From: an uncultured Clostridia bacterium
GTDB taxonomy: Bacteria > Bacillota > Clostridia > Saccharofermentanales > Saccharofermentanaceae
DNA: 64,000 bases
Assembly (NCBI GenBank): GCA_946403085.1
Contig: CAMIYM010000006.1
Coordinates: 66,131-130,130 of the forward strand
Direction of reading: 5' to 3'
Positions 1-9,407 of this stretch are shown here, piece after piece. The notes beneath the pieces were generated by a model, which searched no databases, had not been told where the DNA came from, and saw only the letters and a program-made list of their open reading frames with translations. Position 1 is the first letter of the stretch, and every line of letters begins with the position of its first letter. Made by a program: the position numbers and the translations under genes.

Positions 1-53
1 GCAATGGCTTTACCCATTCTGCCACAACAACCGTTTAAGAAAATATTGACCAT
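1..53 (-). CDS. dapB: 4-hydroxy-tetrahydrodipicolinate reductase; only the first 17 codons are present and the gene runs off the left edge
   Basis: The reverse complement reads AAGGAG-N6-ATG, then MVNIFLNGCCGRMGKAI. This NGxxGrMG dinucleotide-binding N-terminus is typical of DapB. It starts 18 nt downstream of the dapA stop on the same strand. It is absent from the ORF track because it is truncated. Confidence 0.55.
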   Translation of the reverse strand, partial: MVNIFLNGCCGRMGKAI

Positions 54-71
54 TATGAACTCCTTAGACTA

Positions 72-980
72 TTACTTTCCGATATAGCTGTTCATTGCAG
101 AAGTATCGTACTTCTTAAGCACTTCAACAACCTTGTCGTGATTTGCAGCGCTCATCTCACAAAGAGGAAGTCTGCAGGGACCAGCATTCCAGCCAAGGAT
201 ATTCATTGCTTCCTTAACAGGAATAGGATTAACTTCACAGAACATAGCCTTAACGAGAGGAATGAAACCGATCTGGGCATTCTTTGCATCCTCTGTCTTT
301 CCATCGATGTAATCGTGGATCATCTTGGATGTTTCCTTAGGAAGGATGTTAGCAATAACGGAGATTACACCCTTAGCACCAAGTGAGAGCATAGGAACTG
401 CAAGTCCATCCTCGCCTGAATAGAGTGCATATCTGTCACCGCAAAGACTGTAGATCTCAGGAACCTGTGAGAAGTTACACTCCTTAACGCCTATGATGTT
501 CTCGTAAACAGAGAGTCTCTTCAAAAGCTCAGGGCTGATATTAACGTTTGTTCTTGAAGGAACATTGTAAAGGATGATAGGAAGCTCAGGTACAGCCTCA
601 GCGATCTTCGCATAGTGGCGGAAAAGACCTTCCTGTGTGCACTTGTTGTAGTAAGGTGTTACGAGCAAAGCAGCATCAGCACCAAGCTCATAAGCCTTCT
701 TGGTAAGTTCAATTCCGAAAGCAGTATCATTTGAACCTGTTCCGGCAATTACGGGAACACGGCCTGCAACAGTATCTACAGCACACTTGATAGCATCGAT
801 ATGCTCCTGCTCAGTCATAGTAGCAGCTTCACCGGTGGAACCGCAGATAACGATAGCGTCGATGCCCTGCTTGATTTGGAATTCAATAAGCTTCTTGAGC
901 TCTTCGAAATTGATTCCGCCATTTTCAAAAAACGGAGTGACAATAGCAACACCGGCACCAACAAATACAGGCTTGGACAT
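72..980 (-). CDS. dapA: 4-hydroxy-tetrahydrodipicolinate synthase
   Basis: The translation is full-length DapA-like (GVAIVTPF, GSTGEA, TPYYNK, LYNVPSRT). I prefer the internal ATG at 980 (MSKPVF...) because GGGAGG lies 7 nt upstream. The track ORF extends to 995. Confidence 0.9.
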   Translation of the reverse strand: MSKPVFVGAGVAIVTPFFENGGINFEELKKLIEFQIKQGIDAIVICGSTGEAATMTEQEHIDAIKCAVDTVAGRVPVIAGTGSNDTAFGIELTKKAYELGADAALLVTPYYNKCTQEGLFRHYAKIAEAVPELPIILYNVPSRTNVNISPELLKRLSVYENIIGVKECNFSQVPEIYSLCGDRYALYSGEDGLAVPMLSLGAKGVISVIANILPKETSKMIHDYIDGKTEDAKNAQIGFIPLVKAMFCEVNPIPVKEAMNILGWNAGPCRLPLCEMSAANHDKVVEVLKKYDTSAMNSYIGK

Positions 981-1130
981 ATATATGCCTCCCAAAAATA
1001 TTACAAAATAGTGGTTAAAATGCCTGAAAGCGCATTCTGACTAGTGGATTTTATCACCATATATTATAAATAGTCAATTTATACTTCAGGGGTGTACATC
1101 TGTACTTCCACAGTGTACATTTCAGGCTTA

Positions 1131-3395
1131 TCAGCCGTCTTGAGGATCGTTATCAAATGACATCGGATACTTCGTATGATCGAAATCCTCTATAAGCCGT
1201 TTAAACACACCGTTGATGGCTGATTTATTAACAGCTTTGATGACAAATGACATTCTGTACTTGCCTCTAAGCTCATATATAACACAGGGCATAGGACCGA
1301 AGATCTCGAACTGATACCTTTTGTCCTGAAAACCTATAAAGTCGTTCAGATACTTCGCCAGTTCATTAGCTCTCCTGATAAGAAGTTCCTCATCAGCAAG
1401 TGATAAGACTATCTCTCCTATCGCCTTATACGGAGGAAGCTTGAGTTTTTGTCTGTATTCGATCTCCTGATCATAGAAAGCTCTGTAATTCTGAGTACAT
1501 GCAAACCGGAACAATGGCTGGTCAGGTCTGTAACTCTGGATAAACACTTTACCGGGATGATCTCCCCTGCCGGCTCTGCCAGCAGCCTGAGTAATCAGCT
1601 GGAAAGCCCTTTCAGATGCCTTGAAAGAAGATGAAGCAAGCATAAGATCTGCTCCCAGGACGCCGACAACAGTAACATCCGGGAAATCAAGACCTTTGGC
1701 GATCATCTGTGTTCCTATAAGAATAGAGGCTTCTTTTCTAGCAAACTTCTCGATTATCTCTTTATGTGCACCGGGTGTCATCGTTGAATCCTGATCCATT
1801 CTCAGAACATTCTCATGAGGAAACACCTTATGAAGGAACTCTTCCAACTGCTGCGTTCCGAAGCCTGCCTTAGTAAACTTATTGCTGTTGCAGAAAGAAC
1901 ATCTTGCCTCATAAGACGGAATAGTATATCCGCAGTAATGACAGACAAGACTCTGTGTACCGTTTCTTCTGTTGTTATGTAGAGTCATTGCCACAGAACA
2001 GTTTTTACAGACTACAGATTCACCGCAGTCTTCACATACAAGAGTTCTCGAGAATCCTCTTCTGTTAAGGAGAAGGATAACCTGCTTATTCTCAGAAAAA
2101 GCAGCTGACATAGCCTGTCTTAACGGAAGCGAGAGCATATCACCGCTTCCGAGCTTGACCTGTTCTTTCATATCAACAGGGATTATCTCGGGAAGTACTG
2201 CCTCCTGCCTTGCTCTTGTCTTAAGTTCCAGAAGCTTATAAGCACCTGCCTGTGCAGCATAAAAGCTTTCAACAGAAGGGGTTGCCGAACCAAGTACGAC
2301 ACTGCAGCCTGTGATCTTAGCTCTCATTCTTGCGATATCTCTCGCAGAATATCTCGGATGGGATTCAGCCTTATAAGAACCATCATGTTCTTCATCAAGG
2401 ATAATAAGTCTGAGATTAACGGCAGGAGCAAATACGCCGCTTCTAGGACCGACTATAACACGTGCCTTTCCTGTCCTGATGTTATTCCACTGTTCATAAC
2501 GCTGCTTATCAGTAAGTCTGCTGTGCAGAACTGCGACACTGTCGCCTAATCTGCCTTTTATCCAGTTTATGGTCTGAGGTGTTAGCGAGATCTCAGGAAC
2601 CATATAGATGACACTTCCGCCCTCATTGATGACTTTCTTGGCAATATTTAGATAGACTTCCGTCTTACCGCTTCCGGTAATTCCGAAAAGCAGATAGGTG
2701 TTGTCTTTCTTCTCATCAATTCCTTCAAGTATCCTGGCAATTGCATTTTTCTGTTCTTCGCCAAGATCATATTCTTCCGTAAACTTTCCTTCAGGAACAT
2801 CTCCTGTAACAGAAATAACCGGCACCTCACTATCAGAACTTTCCTTGCTAAGGATAACCAAACCTTTATCTTCCAAAGCTTTGATCTGATTGGCCGAACA
2901 GGATAATGAAGACATTATCTCTTTACGTGAACACTTACCTCTTTCGAGAAGATACTCGAGGATATTTATATGAGCGACCGATCTTAAGATCTCACTGTCT
3001 AATACACTCTGTGCGGCATCTTTTGAGACGAGATCCACAAAGACCTCGACAGGGTTCTTGTGATTAACAACACAAGACGGGACCATAAGTTCAACAACAT
3101 CACCTCTGGTGCAGTTAAACCTGTCACTGATCTTGTCTATCAACTGGATCTGGTCACTGTTTAATACTGGCTTGGAGGATATGAGAGAAGCAATATCCTT
3201 TATGCTTCCCTCATCACCTTCAAAGTCATCTTTTAATTCAACTATAACGCCACAGCGTTCAGAATCACCTTTGCCGAAAGGAACTGAAACCAGAGATCCG
3301 GTAAACGTACCTGATCTTAATTCTTCAGGCACACGATAAGTGTATAAATTATCTGTCTGCCTTACGGCTCCTCTAAGGATAACGCTGCAAAACAA
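1131..3395 (-). CDS. priA: primosomal protein N' (replication restart helicase PriA)
   Basis: 754 aa with Walker A GITGSGKT, a DEEHD box and a Cys-rich zinc-binding insert (CEDCG..CKNCS..CHYCG..CSFCNS). The N-terminal YTYRVPEEL motif is present. The start is TTG, with GAGG 8 nt upstream. Confidence 0.9.
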   Translation of the reverse strand: MFCSVILRGAVRQTDNLYTYRVPEELRSGTFTGSLVSVPFGKGDSERCGVIVELKDDFEGDEGSIKDIASLISSKPVLNSDQIQLIDKISDRFNCTRGDVVELMVPSCVVNHKNPVEVFVDLVSKDAAQSVLDSEILRSVAHINILEYLLERGKCSRKEIMSSLSCSANQIKALEDKGLVILSKESSDSEVPVISVTGDVPEGKFTEEYDLGEEQKNAIARILEGIDEKKDNTYLLFGITGSGKTEVYLNIAKKVINEGGSVIYMVPEISLTPQTINWIKGRLGDSVAVLHSRLTDKQRYEQWNNIRTGKARVIVGPRSGVFAPAVNLRLIILDEEHDGSYKAESHPRYSARDIARMRAKITGCSVVLGSATPSVESFYAAQAGAYKLLELKTRARQEAVLPEIIPVDMKEQVKLGSGDMLSLPLRQAMSAAFSENKQVILLLNRRGFSRTLVCEDCGESVVCKNCSVAMTLHNNRRNGTQSLVCHYCGYTIPSYEARCSFCNSNKFTKAGFGTQQLEEFLHKVFPHENVLRMDQDSTMTPGAHKEIIEKFARKEASILIGTQMIAKGLDFPDVTVVGVLGADLMLASSSFKASERAFQLITQAAGRAGRGDHPGKVFIQSYRPDQPLFRFACTQNYRAFYDQEIEYRQKLKLPPYKAIGEIVLSLADEELLIRRANELAKYLNDFIGFQDKRYQFEIFGPMPCVIYELRGKYRMSFVIKAVNKSAINGVFKRLIEDFDHTKYPMSFDNDPQDG

Positions 3396-3405
3396 TGGAC
3401 TAACC

Positions 3406-6400
3406 TCACATCAGATCGAAAAGATTAATCTGGGCACTTTCAGGAAGATCATCAAGAATTCCGCCGTATTCCAGGAGTTTCTGAGTAACGGACTGTCCTA
3501 CACCTGTTCTCTTCATGAAATCATCACGGTTCTTAAAAGCACCGCCCTCTTCACGTGCCTTTTCAATAGCTTCACCGTTGGCCGGAGAGACAGAACTAAT
3601 GGCACAGAAAGGAGGTCTGATAAGCTTATCGCCGGCCTTCGCGAACTTCTTGCCTAAAGACTCATTAAGCGTGATAGGTGCAAAAGTTATTCCTCTCGCA
3701 TACATCTCTTCAACCAGCTCATAGAAATAGTACTTAAGCTTGGTATTAGGATCGCCTTTCGCATGCATCTCATCAGCAAGTTCTATTCTTCTCTTCTTTA
3801 CCTTTTCGGGTCCGTTGCACATGTCTTCAGCATTGAACAATCCTTCACCTCTGTTAGTAAAGAATGAGCAATAGTATTCTTCAGGATAGTAAACCTTAAA
3901 CCATGCGACACGGAGCGTGGAAATTGCATAAGCTGCAGCATGTGCCTTAGGGAACATGTATTTGATCTTCTGACAGGATTCGATATACCAGTCAGGAACA
4001 CCGCACTCTTTCATTTCCTTAACATACTCAGGCCATTTCTCTACTTTGCCGGCTGCAACCTTACCTTTACGCACACCTTCCATGATGTCGAATGCATCCT
4101 TATTGGGAAGTCCCCAGTAGATAAGGCTGGTCATGATGGAGTCACGGCATCCGATTACCGAATTAAGGTCACAAATACCGTCTCTGATAAGATCCTGTGC
4201 ATTTCCGGTCCATACGTCAGTACCATGTGAAAGACCCATCAACTGAACGAGATCGTAGAATCTTGTAGGCTTTGTTTCCTTGATCATGCCACGTGCCATG
4301 TTCGTACCAAGCTCTGAAAGACCTAATGTGGCAGATCCGGCGTCTGTTGCATCTATTGGGAACCCTAATGCATCAGTACCGGTAAGAAGGCTCATGACCT
4401 TCTCGTCAGGGATCGGGATATCTGTGATCGTAACCCCCGTAATATCACTGAGCATTCTTAATACCGTAGGATCAGCGTGGCCTAAGATATCGAGTTTTAA
4501 GATAGTGTCATGCATCGCACGGAAGTCAAAGTGTGTTGTAATGATTCCGCAGTCAGTCTTATTCGCAGGGAACTGGATAGGTGTGAATTCATAGATATCC
4601 ATTTCCTTTGCGATAACGACGATTCCGCCAGGATGCTGTGATGTCGTACGCTTTACACCAATAATATCTCTTGCCATAAATGCAAGATGTGCCTGTGTGA
4701 AAGGTTCTCCCTTCTCCTCACAGATCTTGCGGCAAACACCATATGCGTTCTTATCCTGGTAAGCACCGATAGTACCGGCCTTGAACGTATGTGTACCACC
4801 GAAGAGAACGCCTACATATGCATGCGCTCTCGGCTGATATTCACCTGAGAAGTTAAGGTCGATATCAGGCTGCTTATCACCCTTAAATCCGAGGAATGTC
4901 TCGAAAGGAATATCCTGTCCGTCAGGGATCAGCTTCTCTCCGCACTCAGGACAATTCATCGGAGGAAGATCATAACCGGAACCATACTTACCGCTGTTAT
5001 CAAACTGGGCATAGTTACACTTCGGACACCTGTAATGTGGAGGAAGGGGATTAACTTCAGAAATACCGCACATCGTAGCGGCAAATGAAGAACCTACTGA
5101 ACCTCTGGATCCTACAACATATCCGTCGTTATTGGACTTCTTAACGAGTCTGTAAGCTATGTAATACATGATCGCATAACCGTGACCGATAATGGAATCG
5201 AGTTCTCTGTCGAGTCTTGCCTTAACGACTTCATTAAGGACACCCTTATGACGGTACATCCTGTTCGCTCTGGTATAAGCGATATCTCTAACATCGGCAG
5301 CAGCTCTTGCGATCTGCGGAGGATAAGATCCGTCAGGGAAAGGCTTTATTCCGAATTCGATCATATCAGCGACAGCATTGGTATTATCGATTACAACCTC
5401 TTCTGCCTTCTTTTCACCAAGATAGGAGAATTCGGAAAGCATCTCATCAGTTGTTCTGAAATACAGATCGCTCTGCATCTCAGCGTCACTGAATCCCATG
5501 CTCATCAACATATACTTTCTGTAACGTCCATCCTCTTTATTAAGGAAGTGAGAGTCAGTTGTGGCACAGCACATCATGCCGTGATCATCAGCTGTCTCCA
5601 CGAGGAGTTCATTTATAATGCGGATATCATCCTCATTAAGAGGAACAGTTCCTGTATCAGACTTTGAAGGATCCTGTCTCATTAAGAACATGTTATTGCA
5701 AAGAGGCTGGATCTCAACATAGTCATAAAGGCTCAAGATCTTCTTGAATTCTTCGGACTCTTTCAGGAACTCTCTAGTAGCATTTCTGTCTTTGTTAAGT
5801 CTTCTGTAATTGGTTATTACATAACGGAAGATCTCACCACGCTCGCAAGCACCGCCGACAATGATTCCGGATTTGAAATACTTAAGTAAGCTCTTAGGTG
5901 TTCTTGGTCTTCTTGAATAGTAGTGTATCTGAGACTCTGAAACGATACGGTAAAGGTTATAAAGTCCCATATTAGAACGCACAAGATAGATGATGTGGTA
6001 CAAAGGTGCTTCAGAAACAGCACCATTTTTCTTTGTGGACTTGATCTTTTCAGGCGTGTAATGACCTGCAGAATAGTTAATGGAAAGAGCATCAACCGTT
6101 CCTGCATCAGACAAACACAAAGATAATAATGATGCAGACTTATAACAAGCACTGAACATCTCATCAAATTTGTCACCGCAAGGACTGTAAACAAACTTAG
6201 CCCCTTTCTCTGAAAGCGCCTCGTCTATGTTCTTGTACTGGTTCTTGTAGAATGTCTCAAGAATATCCTCATCTGAAGTTGCAGGCATAAGGAACTTATG
6301 TCTGTAGTAGATCTGGTCTTCTATGTTAATGCCATATCCGGCACGTCTGAGGAATGCCAGAGTAGTAAATATATCCGGACCGGTAATATAAGAATCTCCG

Positions 6401-8355
6401 ATGAATTCAAGGAGTTCTCCCATAGCAAAATATGAATCGCAAGGTTCACCTGTACCGGGATAAATAGCATCATTAAATTCAGCATGAAAATCAGCTACAT
6501 GTTCGAAAACAAGTTCAGAAGGAATAACTTCATCTGTACCGTCAGCATATTCACCATTAATATCAAGATCGACATTAACAGTCATGCCCAATGGTTCATG
6601 CGGATCCAAAGGCTTTTTAGTAATGTTCTCATCTCTTAAACTCTCAGGGATCTCATCCGGATTCCAAAGAGACTTATCAATATCGTGAGAAGCGAATTCC
6701 ATCGCATCCTGATCAGATTCGCCTTCTTCTTCAGGCTTAACGGCTTTAAACCCCTTAAGTCTGAACTTTGAAGCGCATACGGTTGTAAATGTATCGCGCA
6801 GCGCATCATTGCCATTACGTTGAATAACGATAGATACAAAAGAACCGACAGACTTCGGCTTCTCAATAAAATTCAGAGCAGCATCATCATCTGCATCAGA
6901 AGGTTTGACCTTATCATTCTTAACATCATAAGGAAGGTTATAGAAAACCGTAGGACCGTCATCAACAAGATAGCCTTCACATCCGAGAATACACTTAATA
7001 GGTGCCTCTCCTGTATCTTTACGCTTCTTATTAATTCCCTTGGCTGCTTCAAATACATGCGGGAATGCCTGTACAACACCATGGTCAGTAACCGCAACAG
7101 CACTGTGTCCGAAAGAAGCTGCAAGCTTAACAAGATCAGCAGGCTCAGTAGTAGCATCACTCTCACTCATCTTGGTATGCACATGCAGTTCTACTCTCTT
7201 ACGCTCAGCAGTATCTTTTCTCTTAGGAGGCTGCTCAGCACTGAAAAAGCCTGATACTCTCAGTGTCTTATCACCGGTGAAAGAATCATTCTCGACATTA
7301 CCCTGAATGCCGACAAATCCGCCTTTTCCGAACTCTTTCTGGAAACCGTCAGCCTCTTCCGGCTTAAGAAATGCTATGCATGAGATTCCGTCTGTGTCAT
7401 CAAGGCACATGAACTTTACGATAACGCTCTTACCGGTCTTAGCAAGCTTAAAAGAGTCGTCGTTAAATGAGATATTACCTGCAATATTGACATCAAAACA
7501 ACCGACAGTAAGATTAGCTATCTTCATGAAAGTAGCCTGCTTCTTAACACGGCCGTAGAGCTGATTCTCAGCATTTTCTTTTGCTTTATAAAAAGACTGC
7601 TTATCTTCCTGCTTAGCTTCTTTTCTTGCCTGCTCAGCTTTAAATGCCCAGGAATCCTTTCCTGCAGAAGCAGCATCGGACTCCTTGGATTTGTCATCCT
7701 TCTTTTTCTTGGTTCCCTTCTTCGAAGAATCTTCTACGGGTTCTTCTTCAGGGAATTCTATACGGCCTTCCTCTATGGCACGAATGATATCGTCATCAGG
7801 CGACATATCACTTCCTGCCATATCGATATTGCTGATCTTGATCTCGTATGTTCCCTGGAGCTGGTCTCCAATACAGATCTCTGTAGCTTCTCCAACAGAA
7901 TTGATTATTCTCTCCCTGTCTGATTTGCCAAACATATTCGCCCATCCGGAAGGTATATCAATATAGGTGATAAAACCACCTGCAGGGCTGTTGTCATAAT
8001 CAATATCGGCTGTAAGACCAATAAAGTCAGCTATATCACCCGCTCCGTCCTGACTGTCACGGGTAATATAGTACTTGATAAGCTTTGATATCTGTCCGTA
8101 AATGACAGGGAAATTAGTACTGTCAATACCGCTGAACAAAAGATTTACTTTTGTTCCGAAATCCTTCTCGAGTTCTTCTACAAAAGGAACAATGCTGTTA
8201 TTGTCCTTAAGTGAATCTACACCGCCTAATACAAGATTAATTGATTGTTTTGCCTTATAAATATCGACCTTAGTTACTGTAAGGTCACAAAGGTCTTCAA
8301 ATCTGCCGTCTTCTACTTTGAATAACTCAAGTAGCTTTACACTTTTCTTCTCCAA
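3406..8355 (-). CDS. polC: DNA polymerase III alpha subunit, PolC type; unusually long at 1649 aa with a divergent exonuclease insert
   Basis: Contains PHP motifs (HVHTKMS, VTDHG), a zinc module (CPKCNY..CPECGEKL), and palm/fingers regions (GSVGSSF, PDIDLNF, HPGG). It sits in the syntenic position after ispG. The TTG start overlaps the ispG 3' end by 29 nt, so the exact start is uncertain. Confidence 0.9.
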   Translation of the reverse strand: MEKKSVKLLELFKVEDGRFEDLCDLTVTKVDIYKAKQSINLVLGGVDSLKDNNSIVPFVEELEKDFGTKVNLLFSGIDSTNFPVIYGQISKLIKYYITRDSQDGAGDIADFIGLTADIDYDNSPAGGFITYIDIPSGWANMFGKSDRERIINSVGEATEICIGDQLQGTYEIKISNIDMAGSDMSPDDDIIRAIEEGRIEFPEEEPVEDSSKKGTKKKKDDKSKESDAASAGKDSWAFKAEQARKEAKQEDKQSFYKAKENAENQLYGRVKKQATFMKIANLTVGCFDVNIAGNISFNDDSFKLAKTGKSVIVKFMCLDDTDGISCIAFLKPEEADGFQKEFGKGGFVGIQGNVENDSFTGDKTLRVSGFFSAEQPPKRKDTAERKRVELHVHTKMSESDATTEPADLVKLAASFGHSAVAVTDHGVVQAFPHVFEAAKGINKKRKDTGEAPIKCILGCEGYLVDDGPTVFYNLPYDVKNDKVKPSDADDDAALNFIEKPKSVGSFVSIVIQRNGNDALRDTFTTVCASKFRLKGFKAVKPEEEGESDQDAMEFASHDIDKSLWNPDEIPESLRDENITKKPLDPHEPLGMTVNVDLDINGEYADGTDEVIPSELVFEHVADFHAEFNDAIYPGTGEPCDSYFAMGELLEFIGDSYITGPDIFTTLAFLRRAGYGINIEDQIYYRHKFLMPATSDEDILETFYKNQYKNIDEALSEKGAKFVYSPCGDKFDEMFSACYKSASLLSLCLSDAGTVDALSINYSAGHYTPEKIKSTKKNGAVSEAPLYHIIYLVRSNMGLYNLYRIVSESQIHYYSRRPRTPKSLLKYFKSGIIVGGACERGEIFRYVITNYRRLNKDRNATREFLKESEEFKKILSLYDYVEIQPLCNNMFLMRQDPSKSDTGTVPLNEDDIRIINELLVETADDHGMMCCATTDSHFLNKEDGRYRKYMLMSMGFSDAEMQSDLYFRTTDEMLSEFSYLGEKKAEEVVIDNTNAVADMIEFGIKPFPDGSYPPQIARAAADVRDIAYTRANRMYRHKGVLNEVVKARLDRELDSIIGHGYAIMYYIAYRLVKKSNNDGYVVGSRGSVGSSFAATMCGISEVNPLPPHYRCPKCNYAQFDNSGKYGSGYDLPPMNCPECGEKLIPDGQDIPFETFLGFKGDKQPDIDLNFSGEYQPRAHAYVGVLFGGTHTFKAGTIGAYQDKNAYGVCRKICEEKGEPFTQAHLAFMARDIIGVKRTTSQHPGGIVVIAKEMDIYEFTPIQFPANKTDCGIITTHFDFRAMHDTILKLDILGHADPTVLRMLSDITGVTITDIPIPDEKVMSLLTGTDALGFPIDATDAGSATLGLSELGTNMARGMIKETKPTRFYDLVQLMGLSHGTDVWTGNAQDLIRDGICDLNSVIGCRDSIMTSLIYWGLPNKDAFDIMEGVRKGKVAAGKVEKWPEYVKEMKECGVPDWYIESCQKIKYMFPKAHAAAYAISTLRVAWFKVYYPEEYYCSFFTNRGEGLFNAEDMCNGPEKVKKRRIELADEMHAKGDPNTKLKYYFYELVEEMYARGITFAPITLNESLGKKFAKAGDKLIRPPFCAISSVSPANGEAIEKAREEGGAFKNRDDFMKRTGVGQSVTQKLLEYGGILDDLPESAQINLFDLM

Positions 8356-9388
8356 CTCTGATCACTTCCCTTACAAATTCTTCTACTGCCGTTGCTGCCG
8401 GGATCTTTCTTACCGGCACACCCTTCTCAAACAACAGAAATTCATCTTTGCCGCCTGCAAGTCCGATATCACATTCACGGGCTTCGCCGGGTCCGTTAAC
8501 AACACAACCCATTACGGCAACCTTAAGGTTATAGGGAAGCTTGGAGACCTTTTCTTCGATCTGTCCTGCAAGTTCGATAAGAGGAACCTGTGTTCTTCCA
8601 CATGTAGGACATGAAATAAAAGTAACTCCGCCATCTCTAAGATCAAGAGCTTTAAGTATCTGCTTAGCAGTTATTACTTCATCAACAGGATTACCGGTAA
8701 GGGATACTCTTATCGTATCGCCGATACCTTCAGCCAGAAGTGCTCCTATTCCGACAGCAGATTTAATCGCACCTTCACGCACGGTACCTGCTTCTGTGAC
8801 TCCGACATGGAGCGGATAATCGCAAGCTTTTGAAAGGATCCTGTAAGTATCAATAGTAAGCCTGGGAGAAGAAGACTTGATCGAGATAACGATATCATCA
8901 AAGTCCTGATCTTCAAGCAGTTTTACTGCACCTAAAGCACTCTCAGTCATAGCATCGGCATTAACCTCACCATACTTGGCAAGTATCTCACGGGAGATAG
9001 AACCTGAGTTAACACCAACCCTAATCGGAATGCGGCGTTCTTTACACTTGTCGGCAACGAGCTTAACATTCTGTGGACCACCGATATTACCCGGATTGAT
9101 CCTGATCTTTGAAGCTCCGTTATCGGCTGCAGCCAAAGCGAGTCTGTAATCGAAGTGAATGTCGGCAACCACGGGGATCGGAGATTTGGAAGTGATCTCC
9201 TTAAGGCTTTGGGCAGCTTCCATATCAGGAATAGCGACACGTGTGATATCACAGCCGTTATCCGCGAGTTCCCTGATCTGCTCAAGTGTGGCCTTGGCGT
9301 CCCTTGTATCCGTATTATTCATCGACTGGATCTTAACCGAAGATCCTCCGCCGACCTCAACATTACCGATAAAGACTTTCTTTGTCAT
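8327..9388 (-). CDS. ispG: 4-hydroxy-3-methylbut-2-en-1-yl diphosphate synthase (flavodoxin)
   Basis: Full-length GcpE/IspG translation (QSMNNTDT, RINPGNIG, CPTCGR, GCVVNGPGEA). I prefer the ATG at 9388 (MTKKVF), which has a GAGGGAG RBS. The track ORF begins at an upstream TTG (9403). Confidence 0.9.
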   Translation of the reverse strand: MTKKVFIGNVEVGGGSSVKIQSMNNTDTRDAKATLEQIRELADNGCDITRVAIPDMEAAQSLKEITSKSPIPVVADIHFDYRLALAAADNGASKIRINPGNIGGPQNVKLVADKCKERRIPIRVGVNSGSISREILAKYGEVNADAMTESALGAVKLLEDQDFDDIVISIKSSSPRLTIDTYRILSKACDYPLHVGVTEAGTVREGAIKSAVGIGALLAEGIGDTIRVSLTGNPVDEVITAKQILKALDLRDGGVTFISCPTCGRTQVPLIELAGQIEEKVSKLPYNLKVAVMGCVVNGPGEARECDIGLAGGKDEFLLFEKGVPVRKIPAATAVEEFVREVIRVGEEKCKAT

Positions 9389-9407
9389 AAAACGCTCCCT
9401 CAACCGG

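Noticed and set aside
981-1130. A possible lysine riboswitch (L-box) or other leader ahead of dapA, and the TGTACA-containing imperfect hairpin at ~1091..1120.
   Set aside because: The 150-nt spacer is short for an L-box and I cannot recognise its conserved cores. I see only a plausible TTGACT / TGnTAAAAT promoter and short hairpins. The TGTACA hairpin has no U-tract, so I cannot assign it a function.
6466-6486. HAEFNDA in PolC matches the ExoIII pattern HxAxxDA.
   Set aside because: It lies only ~25 residues after the candidate ExoI segment and N-terminal to the ExoII-equivalent block. The motif order is therefore wrong for a DEDDh active site, and the match is probably fortuitous.
7576-7758. 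The Lys/Glu/Asp-rich low-complexity stretch in the PolC N-terminal region (EEEPVEDSSKKGTKKKKDDKSKESD...KEAKQEDKQ).
   Set aside because: It is a flexible linker between the N-terminal and OB domains. It shows no repeat structure at the DNA level and no sign of an inserted element.
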